From NCBI GenBank assembly GCA_963755915.1, contig CAVWLP010000002.1:4096001-4160000 (forward strand): a DNA stretch of 64,000 nucleotides, given 5' to 3'. Of the stretch, positions 33,257-43,255 are shown in pieces. This DNA is from an uncultured Phycisphaerales bacterium (GTDB lineage: Bacteria > Planctomycetota > Phycisphaerae > Tepidisphaerales > Tepidisphaeraceae). Below the pieces are notes generated by a model, which was given only the letters and a program-made list of their open reading frames with translations, had not been told where the DNA came from and ran no database searches. Made by a program: the position numbers and the translations under genes. Numbering within the stretch: position 1 is the stretch's first letter; the number at the start of each line of letters is the position of its first letter.

Positions 33257-34642
33257 GGGCGCGGGCCGGAGCCACCAGTCGGAAATATCTCTCCACTGCC
33301 GAGTGCTCCTGGGGCGCACGGGTTGCCAGCCGAAGCATGGAGTTGCCGGCGCGGTATCGCTAGTTGCGAAGCCGCTGGTTTCGGAGAATAAGAGCGGACG
33401 CTCGACCCCGCCGGGCAATGTAAGCAGCAGATAGCCCATCGGCCGATGGTTCGGACAAAAAGGATCCTCCGGAACACCGGCGAGATACACGGCTACCAGC
33501 GCCTGCAGATTGGGCGGCCAATGGCCATGGTCAAGTCGATAGAGATTGGCAGCGAGGGCAACGGCCGCAACCCGTCGTTCGTAGCTGATCTTGTATTCGA
33601 TCTCCAGATAGCGCGGCGTTGCCCCCATGAATATGCCTGGAAATCGTGAAAACCGCACCGGGTTGGGATCGGCCCCGGTCGAATTGGATTGCACCAGGGC
33701 AATTGAGGAAATCATCGCCTGGGCGTCATAAAAATTAGGATTCTCCGCCGCGCGAAGCACAACGGTGTAATCGTTCAGGTAATGGACCGTCGCCAATTCC
33801 GCCATGGGGCGCAATACGGTGCTCCGAGCGTAAAGATTTCTGGCACTATCCAAAGTGGCCACCCGCTCGGCGAGGAGCGTTTCGTGAGTCCTTTGAATTT
33901 CCTGCGAATCGTCGAGCAGCCGGCGTATCAGGTTCATCACGTCCGCCCGGTTGACGCCAACGCTTGCCCTCGCCTGGCCTTTCAAGTGCAAATCAATCGC
34001 CATTACGTCGATCCGATCGAAGGCCAAGGCTTCGATTCCAATGTCCACCAGGCGGCCGATGAGTAACCCCCGCTTTTGAACGCAGTCCGCCAGATGCAAA
34101 AGGTCGAAAATCCTCTCATAGGCTTCCGCGTCATCGTTGTGAAAATGCGCCGCTAGCGCGCCATCCGCCAGAAGATTCGCCAGGTTGCGGGCCGGGCTCA
34201 AATAGTTCAGTTGAAACCCCGCGTTCCCCCAATCCGTCCGATCGAAGGCCCGCGCCTGTCGCGCAAGCGCCAGGGCCGGCCCGTCGGCGGCCACGGCCTG
34301 GTCCGCCATCTGATGCCATATCGTCGGATAGGGGGGATAACCCGCATAAGAGAGATTGGAAGCCGAGGGGCAAACCGCCGTGCCTGAAATCAGCGGGAAC
34401 GCCAGCTTGTAATAATGCGCGGCGTTCTCCGCATCCGGGGTGGCCGGAACATTTAGATCGCCGGAATAAACCGGCTCATGAGCGGCCGAAATCGAATCAA
34501 GTTCCGCCTCCAGCCGCTGATGGGCAACGTAAGCCCAGAGAATCCAGCAGAGGATCAGCGTCGCGCCGCAAGCCGTGCTCAATTTGAGCCATGTGTTGCG
34601 GGTCGTCGATAACGTAGTGGCGCTGGGAAGCACAGGCGGCAT
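33200..34642 (-). CDS. Hypothetical membrane-anchored helical protein with a pseudopilin-like C-terminal motif
   Basis: One N-terminal TM helix. LYRLDHGHWPPNLQALV-YL-VPEDPF resembles the GspG-type motif common in planctomycete proteins. Confidence 0.65.
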   Translation of the reverse strand: MPPVLPSATTLSTTRNTWLKLSTACGATLILCWILWAYVAHQRLEAELDSISAAHEPVYSGDLNVPATPDAENAAHYYKLAFPLISGTAVCPSASNLSYAGYPPYPTIWHQMADQAVAADGPALALARQARAFDRTDWGNAGFQLNYLSPARNLANLLADGALAAHFHNDDAEAYERIFDLLHLADCVQKRGLLIGRLVDIGIEALAFDRIDVMAIDLHLKGQARASVGVNRADVMNLIRRLLDDSQEIQRTHETLLAERVATLDSARNLYARSTVLRPMAELATVHYLNDYTVVLRAAENPNFYDAQAMISSIALVQSNSTGADPNPVRFSRFPGIFMGATPRYLEIEYKISYERRVAAVALAANLYRLDHGHWPPNLQALVAVYLAGVPEDPFCPNHRPMGYLLLTLPGGVERPLLFSETSGFATSDTAPATPCFGWQPVRPRSTRQWRDISDWWLRPAPSPAQTVEHQPDQPREHRK

Positions 34643-34761
34643 GTATCTTAATGACGGATTCGACCTTGACGACTTCTGCCCTGACCCCGGTAAAGACAAA
34701 CCTCCTTCTCTTTCCTAAGATTACCCGCCGTTGTAAATAAAGCTGACTGGAGAATTTCGAG

Positions 34762-36585
34762 ATGCCCGCTGAAATCACCATGCCGCAGTTGTCCGACACC
34801 ATGACCGAGGGAACCGTTGTCAAATGGCACAAAAAGGTCGGCGACAGCGTCAAAAGCGGCGAAGAGATCGCCGATGTCGAGACCGACAAGGCCACCATGC
34901 CCATGGAATCGTTTGACGCCGGCACCCTCGCCGTGATCCTCGTCGCCGAGGGGCAGAAGGTGAAGGTCGGCCAGCCGATCGGCGTGGTGGCGATCGGGTC
35001 GGAGAATATCGACGATGTAAAGAAGAAATATGCCGCCGGCACCGCCAAAGCCCGAAACGGCCCAAAAAGCTCCGTCGGCACCCCCACGTCGTCACCAGCA
35101 TCGTCGCCCGCTCCCGCATCCTCCAAGCCTGCCCCCGCAAAATCCACTCCGCCAAAACCCGCGAATTATCAATACGACATCGTAGTCATCGGCGGCGGCC
35201 CCGCCGGCTACGCCGCCGCCATCCGCGCCGCCCAGCTCAAGCAGCGCGTCCTCTGCATCGAAAAAGAATCCCTCGGCGGCACCTGCCTCAACTGGGGCTG
35301 CATTCCCACCAAAGCCCTGCTCGACGACGGCGCATTCATCCGCAAGCTTCGCGTCCACGCCGCCGAACATGGCGTGACGTACAAAGATCTGACCATCGAT
35401 TTCAACAAGCTCGTCAGCCGCAGCCGCGGCATCGCCGACAAGCTGAGCAAAGGCATCGAGCATCTCTTCCGCAAATACGAAGTGAAGCGCGAATCCGGCG
35501 TCGGCCAGATTCTCGCCCAGCATCGCGTCAAAATCACCTCCCCGCAGGGAACGAAGGAAATCACCGCCCGGGAAATCATCATCGCCACCGGTTCCCGCGC
35601 GACTCCACTGCCTGGCCTCGCCTTTGACGGCAAAAAAGTCATCACCTCCCGCGAAGCCATGACGCTCCCGACTCAACCAAAGAAAATCGCCATCATCGGC
35701 GCCGGCGCCATCGGCTGCGAATTCGCCGATTTCTTCAACGCCGTCGGCACCGAAGTCGTCATCGTCGAGATGCTCGACCACCTCCTTCCCAACGAGGATG
35801 AAGACGTCTCCATCCTCCTCGAGCGCGTCATGGCCAAGCGCGAAATCGACGTCCGCGTGAAGACCAAAACCGACAAAGTTGAACTCACCCCGACAGGCGT
35901 CAAGCTGACCCTCTCCGGCGCCAAACCCGGCGTCGTCGAAGCGGATGTGGTGCTCGTCGCCATCGGCGTGCGCGGAAACACCGAGGGCCTTCTCGCCCCC
36001 GGCGTCAATCTCGACCTGCTCAAAGGCCGCGTTCGCGTGAATACGCAATATCAGACCAACCTCGAGCACATCTGGGCCGTCGGCGACGTCCTCACCGTCA
36101 GCAACAGCGAACAACCCGAAGGCGAGCGCCACCCCGATCTCGCCCACGTCGCCCATCACGAAGCCATCATGTGCGTCGAGCGCATCGTCGGCTTTTCCGA
36201 GCATGAGGTCGATTACAAGTCGATCCCCGCCTGCACCTACACCCATCCCCAGGTGGCAAGCATGGGACTCACCGAGAAAAAAGCCCGCGCCCTTCACCGC
36301 AAACTTAAAATCGGCAAATTCCCCTTCACCGCCAGCGGCCGCGCCCTTGCCGCCGGTGAACCGGATGGCTTCGTAAAGCTCATCTTCGACGAAACCGACG
36401 GCGAACTCCTCGGCGTCCACATGATCGGCGAAACCGTCACCGAAATGCTTGCCGAGCTCGTCATGGCCAAGAAACTCGAAGCCACCGAGGCTGAGATTAT
36501 CGAAGCCATGCACCCGCATCCCACGTTCAGCGAAGCCGTCATGGAAGCGGCAGGCGTGGCCGACAACCGGGCGATCCATTGGTAA
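34762..36585 (+). CDS. lpdA: Dihydrolipoyl dehydrogenase with N-terminal lipoyl domain
   Basis: Lipoyl motif VETDKATM, Pro/Ala/Ser linker, GGGPAG, GGTCLNWGCIPTK and HPHPTFSE. Confidence 0.95.
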   Translation: MPAEITMPQLSDTMTEGTVVKWHKKVGDSVKSGEEIADVETDKATMPMESFDAGTLAVILVAEGQKVKVGQPIGVVAIGSENIDDVKKKYAAGTAKARNGPKSSVGTPTSSPASSPAPASSKPAPAKSTPPKPANYQYDIVVIGGGPAGYAAAIRAAQLKQRVLCIEKESLGGTCLNWGCIPTKALLDDGAFIRKLRVHAAEHGVTYKDLTIDFNKLVSRSRGIADKLSKGIEHLFRKYEVKRESGVGQILAQHRVKITSPQGTKEITAREIIIATGSRATPLPGLAFDGKKVITSREAMTLPTQPKKIAIIGAGAIGCEFADFFNAVGTEVVIVEMLDHLLPNEDEDVSILLERVMAKREIDVRVKTKTDKVELTPTGVKLTLSGAKPGVVEADVVLVAIGVRGNTEGLLAPGVNLDLLKGRVRVNTQYQTNLEHIWAVGDVLTVSNSEQPEGERHPDLAHVAHHEAIMCVERIVGFSEHEVDYKSIPACTYTHPQVASMGLTEKKARALHRKLKIGKFPFTASGRALAAGEPDGFVKLIFDETDGELLGVHMIGETVTEMLAELVMAKKLEATEAEIIEAMHPHPTFSEAVMEAAGVADNRAIHW

Positions 36586-36602
36586 TTTTGTTGGGAGAAC
36601 CC

Positions 36603-36878
36603 ATGCGAAAAGCTTTTGCCATCTTCATCCTCGCCGTCGCCGCGGCGTGCGCGTCCAATCAGCAGTCGGACCAGAAGACTTTAACCGGCGACGGGAAAAT
36701 CCCCTCCGACGTGCAGGCGGCATTTTTCTCCGAGCATCCCTACGCCAAAATCGACGACGCCAGCCAGCAAAGCAGCCAGCAGGATGGCACCCTCTATACC
36801 GTTGATTACACCCGCACGGACGGCAGCAAAGGCGTCGCTGTCTTTACCTCCATGGGCGTTCTTCGCAGTGATAATTAA
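36603..36878 (+). CDS. Small hypothetical lipoprotein
   Basis: MRKAFAIFILAVAAAC lipobox. Confidence 0.7.
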   Translation: MRKAFAIFILAVAAACASNQQSDQKTLTGDGKIPSDVQAAFFSEHPYAKIDDASQQSSQQDGTLYTVDYTRTDGSKGVAVFTSMGVLRSDN

Positions 36879-36887
36879 GGAGTATTC

Positions 36888-37541
36888 GTGAATCGCAAAG
36901 CACTAATCGTCTGGGGTGGTTGGGACGGTCACCAGCCGCGTGAAGTGGCAGAAATATTCCGCGGCTTACTCGCCAAGGAAGATTTCACCGTCGAAGTCTC
37001 CGACACGCTTGACGCCTTCAAAAACACCGACCTGAATTCGCTGGCCCTCATCGTCCCCGTCTGGACGATGGGCAAGATCGCAAACGAACAGGCAAAACCC
37101 GTCCTCGATGCCGTCGAATCCGGCGTCGGCATCGCCGGCTGTCACGGCGGAATGTGCGATTCGTTCCGCGAAAACACCGAATGGCAGTTCATGACCGGCG
37201 GCCAATGGGTCGCCCATCCGGGCAACGACGGCGTCAAATATCGCGTAAAAATCGGCCCCCACAAAAGCCCCATCACCGAAGGCATAACCGATTTCGACGT
37301 CGCCAGCGAGCAGTATTACATGCACGTCGATCCGGCCGTGAAGGTGTTGGCCACAACCCGCTTCCCCACCGCCCCCGGCCCCCACGAGGGCAACGGACCC
37401 GTCGATATGCCCGTCGTCTGGACCAAAGTCTTCGGCAAAGGCAGGGTCTTCTACAATTCTTTAGGACACCAGGCAAACATCGTAAACATGCCCCCGGTCC
37501 TGGAACTCATGCGGCGCGGGTTCCTATGGGCCGCAAAATAA
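36888..37541 (+). CDS. ThuA-like domain protein
   Basis: Motifs WGGWDGHQP, GGQWVAHPG, SEQYYMH and GKGRVFYNSLGH. SD sequence AAGGAG upstream. Confidence 0.88.
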   Translation: MNRKALIVWGGWDGHQPREVAEIFRGLLAKEDFTVEVSDTLDAFKNTDLNSLALIVPVWTMGKIANEQAKPVLDAVESGVGIAGCHGGMCDSFRENTEWQFMTGGQWVAHPGNDGVKYRVKIGPHKSPITEGITDFDVASEQYYMHVDPAVKVLATTRFPTAPGPHEGNGPVDMPVVWTKVFGKGRVFYNSLGHQANIVNMPPVLELMRRGFLWAAK

Positions 37542-37628
37542 ACCGGCCGGCCTGCCTCCGGCATGCCGACCGGCTTGAGCCTGCGAATCCTTTCGCATCC
37601 TTCCGTGATTCGCTACGTCAGACCCACT

Positions 37629-38488
37629 CTAATTTGTCGTCGCGGAATTCACCGCGATCGCTTCCACCAGCTCCTCCAGAAAAACCGCCAGCCCATCATC
37701 GCGGTTATGCCCGATAATTTTGGCCGCACAATTGCGCACTTCTTCGCACCCATTGCCCATCGCGATTCCCAGCCCCGCATTGCGAATCATCATCACATCG
37801 TTGATGTCGTCACCCACGGCAACGATTTCCTGCGGCTTAATATTCCGCAGCCGCGCCACCTGAAGAATCCCCTGCCACTTATTCACCGATGGATCAAACG
37901 CCTCGACAACCAAAATATCACCCGGCGGGCGAAAGCAGTGATCTACGATCCGGGAGCCAAATTTGCTCCGCATTTCCTTATAAATCGGCTCAGCCCGCAG
38001 CCGCGCCGCGACGATGCTCACCCGCAGCGTATGATCGTGCGGGTCTGCCGCCAGTTCGTTCGTTCGTTGAACGCTGGCTCGCGTCGTTTTGCACCACAAC
38101 TTCGTCGCCGGATTCAGCTCGAAATCGTTGGATATCAGATAATCCACACCAGCCGTACTGACATCCTGAAGCGCCAGCGCCGCATGCCCATGCGATTCAA
38201 AAATGCACAGAGCTCGCGCGCAAGCTGCGGGTCCATCAGCGTCCGCTGGATCGTGCTGCGCTTACCCGTATCGACGATCAGCGCCCCGCCCACAAAAATG
38301 GCGGCGTCGTAATAGCCCACGGAATCAATCACGGCCCGACTCTCGGTAAAACTGCGCCCGGTTGCAAAACAAACCACCAGCCCCGCGCTGGCCGCTCGAT
38401 GGATCGCCGCCTTCGTCCTCGGGGTCACCACGCTGCTCGGCGAGAGCAGCGTCCCATCGAGATCGATAGCAATCATTTTGTACTTCAC
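37629..38488 (-). CDS. Cof-type HAD-IIB hydrolase (frameshift near 38200)
   Basis: Motifs IAIDLDGTLL, ATGR, VNKWQG, VGDDINDV and AMGNG. One missing base in the A-run 38199-38203 joins the two ORFs. Confidence 0.88.
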
Positions 38489-38625
38489 GCCACCAACTTC
38501 ACCGATTTCCCGCACCCTAACAACTTGCACCAAGGACGCAAGCCAAAATCAAGTTTTCGACGGGTTATCCACAAGGGATGGTAGGGGGGATATGACAAGT
38601 TGGCAATTAGTGGGGGGGTCGTGAC

Positions 38626-38707
38626 AATGCCAAATGCCGAATGCCAAATGCCAAATTGATACGCGGCTCTTTCCCATTCGGCATTTGGCATTCGTCATTC
38701 GGCATTC
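38626..38707. repeat. Inverted heptamer tandem arrays
   Basis: Four AATGCC(A/G) units, a spacer, then ATTCGGC ATTTGGC ATTCGTC ATTCGGC. The arrays are complementary and can form a long hairpin. Confidence 0.85.
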
Positions 38708-38756
38708 CCCCCTCCCCCCTTCCCCTTCCCCCCGCCCGCGCGATACAACCCATCCA

Positions 38757-40124
38757 ATGACCCGTGAACGCCTGGCGTGGCTCATCAGCATTATCCTCCT
38801 CGCCATCCTCGCGTTTCAGCTCCCCGGAACCCTCGCCGAGCGCGACGACGAATATTCCTGGGTCCGGACCATCGTCGAGATCCATCGCCAGGTCGTCGAA
38901 AACTATGTCGACCCCGTCAACGACAACGACCTCAAAGAAGGCGCCATCAAGGGAATGCTCGACGAACTCGGCGACCCCTACACCATCTACGTCCCGCCCA
39001 CCGAGCAGGAGGAATTCGACAAGGAGCTCGGAGGATCCTTCAGCGGCGTCGGTATCTCCCTCCGCGCCGTAAACGGCAAAATGGTCGTCATCTCCCCCAT
39101 CGAAGGCGGCCCCGCCGACCAGGCCGGCATCGACGGCAACGACATCATCGTAAAAGTCGACGGCAAACCCATCGCCGGAATGGAAATCGACGACGTCGTA
39201 AAACTCGTCTCCGGCCCCCTCGGCTCGCCCGTCACCCTCACCATCGACCGTGAAGGCAAGCTGATGGACTTCGTCCTTCACCGCCAGCAGATCGTCGTCC
39301 CCACCGTCCTCGGATACCAGCGCAATGCCCAGCAGAAGTGGAACTATTTCGTCTCCCAGAGCCCCAAAATCGCTTACATCCGCGTCACCCAGTTCGACGA
39401 CGGCACCTTCGACGAAATGAAAGACATCCTCGTCGGTGCCGATGGCAACGCCGGCCTCCTGTCCCAGGGCATGCAGGGCCTCGTCATGGACCTCCGCTTC
39501 AACCCCGGCGGCCAGCTTCAGCAGGCCATCAAAATAATCAACCTCTTCATCAAGGATGGCGTCATCGTCAGCACCCACGGCCGAAACTCCCCCGAAGAAA
39601 TCGACCGCGCCAGCCCCGATGCCCTCACCCTCCCCTATTTCCCAATGATCGTGCTGGTCAACGATCACTCCGCCAGCGCCTCCGAAATCGTTGCCGGAAG
39701 TCTCAAGGACAACCACCGTGCCCTGGTCGTAGGCCAGCGAACCTTCGGCAAAGGATCCGTCCAGCGGGTGATTCAACTCGGCCAGGACGATGGAACCCTC
39801 AAGATGACCGTCGCCCACTGGTATCTCCCCAGCGGCCGACTGGTGAGCCGCACCAAAGATTCCAAGGACTGGGGCGTCGATCCTCAGATCGTCGTAACAA
39901 CTGATGAAGCCGGCGAAGACGCCATCGAGGACTTGATGGACCGCCAGGAGGCGATCCGTTTCCATCCCCTCTCCACAACCATGCCGTCGAAGGAACCGAC
40001 CACCCAGCCCATCGATCCGCAATTCCAGCAGGCGATGACGACCATGACCGGATTGATCATCCTCGAAACGAACAAGCACGCATCAACAACAATGCCCGCA
40101 CCCAACGCTATCCCGGCGCAATAG
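38757..40124 (+). CDS. S41 carboxyl-terminal protease with PDZ domain
   Basis: Motifs LGDPYT, FSGVGI, DLRFNPGG, SASASEIVAG and GQRTFGKGSVQ. Confidence 0.93.
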   Translation: MTRERLAWLISIILLAILAFQLPGTLAERDDEYSWVRTIVEIHRQVVENYVDPVNDNDLKEGAIKGMLDELGDPYTIYVPPTEQEEFDKELGGSFSGVGISLRAVNGKMVVISPIEGGPADQAGIDGNDIIVKVDGKPIAGMEIDDVVKLVSGPLGSPVTLTIDREGKLMDFVLHRQQIVVPTVLGYQRNAQQKWNYFVSQSPKIAYIRVTQFDDGTFDEMKDILVGADGNAGLLSQGMQGLVMDLRFNPGGQLQQAIKIINLFIKDGVIVSTHGRNSPEEIDRASPDALTLPYFPMIVLVNDHSASASEIVAGSLKDNHRALVVGQRTFGKGSVQRVIQLGQDDGTLKMTVAHWYLPSGRLVSRTKDSKDWGVDPQIVVTTDEAGEDAIEDLMDRQEAIRFHPLSTTMPSKEPTTQPIDPQFQQAMTTMTGLIILETNKHASTTMPAPNAIPAQ

Positions 40125-40132
40125 AATCCCCC

Positions 40133-41163
40133 ATGAAGATTCTGGGAATCGAATCAACCTGCGACGAGACCGGCGCGGCGGTCGTGGAAAACGACGTGCG
40201 CATCCTCAGCGACGTCGTCTCCAGCCAGGTCGCGCTCCACGCAAAATATCGTGGCGTCGTGCCCGAGATTGCCAGCCGCGCCCACATCGAGAACATTTTG
40301 CCGGTGGTAGGGGAGGCGCTGAAAGACGCGCACATTGAATTGAAAGATATCGATGCGGTAGCCGTCGCCCATCGACCGGGCTTGATCGGATCCCTCCTAA
40401 TTGGCGTGACCGCGGCCAAAACCTTGGCTTGGTCCCTGGGCAAACCCCTCATAGGGGTCGACCACGTCCATGCTCATCTATACAGCGTCCGTTTGACCGA
40501 TGGCCAACCAAGCCCAGAACCACCAATGCCCGCCGTCGGCCTGGTTTGCAGCGGCGGCCACACCGCCCTCTACCAGGTCAATGATTTCCTGAACATCGAA
40601 ATGATCGGCACCACCCTCGACGACGCGGTAGGGGAGGCGTATGACAAAGTCGCCGCGATCCTCGGCCTGGGATACCCCGGCGGCCCCGAAATCGACCGCC
40701 TCGCGCCGAAGGCAATCCTACTGCGATACGTTTTCCCCGCAGCCGCCTCAATCGCCAATCCCTCGATTTTTCCTTCAGCGGCATCAAAACCGCCGTCCTC
40801 TATCACGTCCGCGGTTTTCAGGGCCGCCAGCGCGAAACAAATTTGTCTCCCCAGGAGCTGCGCGACATCGCCGCCTCCTTCCAGGCCGCCTGCATCGACG
40901 TCCTCGTCGAAAAAGTAAAACGTGCCGCCAAACGAATCCGCGCCAAAACCGTCATCATCGGCGGCGGAGTCTCCGCAAACACCGGCCTTCGCGCCGCCAT
41001 GGCAAAATTAGCCATTCCCGTATTCTTCCCGCCGATGCAATATTGCACCGACAATGCCGCCATGACCGCCGGCTTGGCGCATTGGGTCCTCCAGTCCGGA
41101 AAACAAAGCGAGCTCGATTTGGACGCCATCACCAGCAGCCAATTTGCCGATGCCGCGAATTAA
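40133..41163 (+). CDS. tsaD: tRNA N6-threonylcarbamoyladenosine transferase (frameshift near 40705)
   Basis: Motifs ILGIESTCDET, VVPEIASRAH, HVHAH, SGGHT and GEAYDK. After the shift: DFSFSGIKT, GGVSAN and CTDNAAM. Confidence 0.93.
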
Positions 41164-41989
41164 CCGACCACCCTCCCTCCCGCCGCGACCCGTCGATGGC
41201 CACAAGGGCCTCTTCGGCCGCGTCCTGATCGTCGGCGGAAGCGACGAAATGATCGGCGCCCCCGTCCTCGCCGGCGAAGCCGCCCTCCGCACCGGCAGCG
41301 GCCTCGTCCAAGTCGCCATGCCGCGCGAAGTCCTCGCCGCGGGCCTGTCGGTCGTTCCGGAACTGGTAGGGATGTCGCTGGACGAAACCAACGCCTCCAC
41401 CCAAAAACTTCTCGAAGCCGCCGAAAAAGCGGATGTTATTGCCGTCGGCCCCGGTTTGGGCCAGTCCCCATCACTCGGCCCGCGCTTGGACGCTCTCTTT
41501 CGAATCAAAAAGCCCATGGTCGTCGACGCCGACGCCCTGAATTATCTCTCTTCTCTCGGCTCCTGGCCAAAATTCTTTGCCGCGCAAGCAGTCCTCACCC
41601 CGCATCCCGGCGAAATGAAACGCCTCGCAAAACTCTTCGGCCAGGACGAAGTCCCCTCAGACGAGAAAGGCCGCATCGAGATCGCTCTCAAGGCCGCGAA
41701 AACTTTTGGCCAGATCATCCTCCTCAAAGGCCACCGCACCATCGTCACCGATGGCAAAAAACTATACATCAACAAAACCGGCGACAGCTCCCTCTCAAAA
41801 GCCGGCGCCGGAGATGTATTAAGCGGAATCCTCGCCTCCCTGATCGGTCAAAAAATGCCGCCCTTCGACGCCGCCTGCGCCGCCGCACACCTGCACGGAA
41901 AAGCCGGCGAGCTCGCCGGCAAACGCCTCGGACGCCGCAGCGTTCTCGCCCGCGACGTCATCGACGCGATTCCAGACGCGATCGCCTGA
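41150..41989 (+). CDS. nnrD: ADP-dependent NAD(P)H-hydrate dehydratase
   Basis: Motifs HKGLFGRVLIVGGS, GPGLG, VVDADAL, LTPHPGE and AGAGDVLSG. Confidence 0.9.
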   Translation: MPRINRPPSLPPRPVDGHKGLFGRVLIVGGSDEMIGAPVLAGEAALRTGSGLVQVAMPREVLAAGLSVVPELVGMSLDETNASTQKLLEAAEKADVIAVGPGLGQSPSLGPRLDALFRIKKPMVVDADALNYLSSLGSWPKFFAAQAVLTPHPGEMKRLAKLFGQDEVPSDEKGRIEIALKAAKTFGQIILLKGHRTIVTDGKKLYINKTGDSSLSKAGAGDVLSGILASLIGQKMPPFDAACAAAHLHGKAGELAGKRLGRRSVLARDVIDAIPDAIA

Positions 41990-42088
41990 AGCAACCTGCA
42001 ACATCACACCCGTATTTCCCCCTCCCCCCGTAGGCCGCACGTATGTGATGATCGGCCGAGCAACCCACAGGCGAATACTCGGCATTTT

Positions 42089-42532
42089 CCCCCTCTCCTG
42101 GTACCCAGCTTGCCATTACCACATTTATCTGGCAGACCAACCGCCCCCCCGCAAAAAGGGCCAAACAGTGCGCCCTCATCCCGCCGTGTTTCGCCACAAA
42201 TGCCACGAATTGAAAGTATCCACTAGGGAGGTCGGACTAGGCGGGCTGTGAAGGACGGTTGAGGTCGAGCCTGTGCTCGAAACTCCTTAGCGCCCTGCCG
42301 CCGCAGGCGGCGACTCCTTGCCCAACACCTCAAGGCCGCCTTGAACGTCACCGGGGCAGCCGTGTGCCATCGCCGCGGAACCGCCTGTTACATTCGAGCC
42401 GCCGCATTTTCTCGGCACCAAAAACGTAACCGATAATAGTCTTTCTCTTCTATTCGCCTGAAATTACCCGGCTTCCCCACAAAAATGTGAGTAATGACAA
42501 GTGGTACTCCGGGGGAGGGTTGGGATGGGGGG
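42089..42532 (-). repeat. Palindromic PSPGVPG-type repeat split by the 400-bp element
   Basis: 42089-42104 plus 42508-42532 rejoin to CCCCCTCTCCTGGTACTCCGGGGGAGGGTTGGGATGGGGGG, which matches 60454-60494 and 50277-50316. Confidence 0.8.
42105..42504. mobile_element. 400-bp non-autonomous element (MITE-like) inserted in a palindromic repeat
   Basis: Imperfect terminal IRs: CCAGCTTGCCATTACCACATTT on the left, and CCACTTGTCATTACTCACATTT as the reverse complement of the right end. TAC is duplicated on both flanks. No transposase ORF inside. Confidence 0.75.
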
Positions 42533-42607
42533 TTCTGCGGATGCATCCTTGCACAAGTCCCAAGCACCTCCACCAGCCAAAAAACAAAATCCGGTTACAA
42601 TCCCCCC

Positions 42608-43228
42608 ATGCGTCTCCTGATCACCGCCGGCCCCACTCGCGAGCCGATCGACCCCGTGCGCTATATCGGCAATCGCAGCAGCGGCAAAATGGGCGCCGCC
42701 CTCGCACACGCCGCGCTAAAATCCGGCCACCAAACAACGGTAATTCTCGGCCCAATCTCCGTCCCATTCCCCAACGGCGCCCGCAGGATCGACGTAGAAA
42801 CCGCAGCCCAGATGCTCGACGCTGTGCTCAAAGAATTCCCCAACCACGATCTCCTCATCATGGCCGCCGCCGTCGCCGACTATCGCTCCAAAGCCCAAAG
42901 CGCCGCCAAGCTCTCCCGCGAAGGCTCGCGCATCCTCGAATTAGAGCCCACCGAAGACGTTATCGCCGCCGCCGGCCGGATCAAGCGCCCCGACCAGCGC
43001 ACCATCGGCTTCAGCCTCGAAACCACCCCCGACCTCAGTCGCGTCTCCGGCAAGATGCGGCAAAAAAACCTCGACCTCATTATTTACAACCCCGTCGCCA
43101 CCATCGGTGCCGAATCCATCGAACCCTCCCTTCTCTACCCCGATGGCCGCATAGAAAAGGCACCTTACGGCTCCAAAGCCCACTTCGCCGATATGCTCCT
43201 TCAGAGGGCCCATGAACTATTCAAATAA
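42608..43228 (+). CDS. coaB: Stand-alone phosphopantothenate-cysteine ligase (CoaB half of CoaBC/Dfp)
   Basis: Motifs LITAGPTREPIDPVRYIGNRSSGKMG, AAAVADY, IGFSLET and KNLDLI. No CoaC domain. Confidence 0.88.
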   Translation: MRLLITAGPTREPIDPVRYIGNRSSGKMGAALAHAALKSGHQTTVILGPISVPFPNGARRIDVETAAQMLDAVLKEFPNHDLLIMAAAVADYRSKAQSAAKLSREGSRILELEPTEDVIAAAGRIKRPDQRTIGFSLETTPDLSRVSGKMRQKNLDLIIYNPVATIGAESIEPSLLYPDGRIEKAPYGSKAHFADMLLQRAHELFK

Positions 43229-43255
43229 GTTCATGCGTCTTCTGGAGTTCAATGC

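Noticed and set aside
38565-38573. Perfect DnaA box TTATCCACA, plus an apparent shift from C-rich to G-rich plus strand near 50 kb, as a possible oriC
   Set aside because: Only one box was seen, with no cluster and no dnaA or dnaN. The skew was judged by eye and reverts at 57-58 kb and 61-63 kb.
42200-42400. 6S RNA, tmRNA or tRNA identity for the structured region
   Set aside because: There is no tRNA-like acceptor or T-arm. Only a short CCTTGAAC resembles 6S, and the position inside an IR-bounded insertion argues against a housekeeping RNA.
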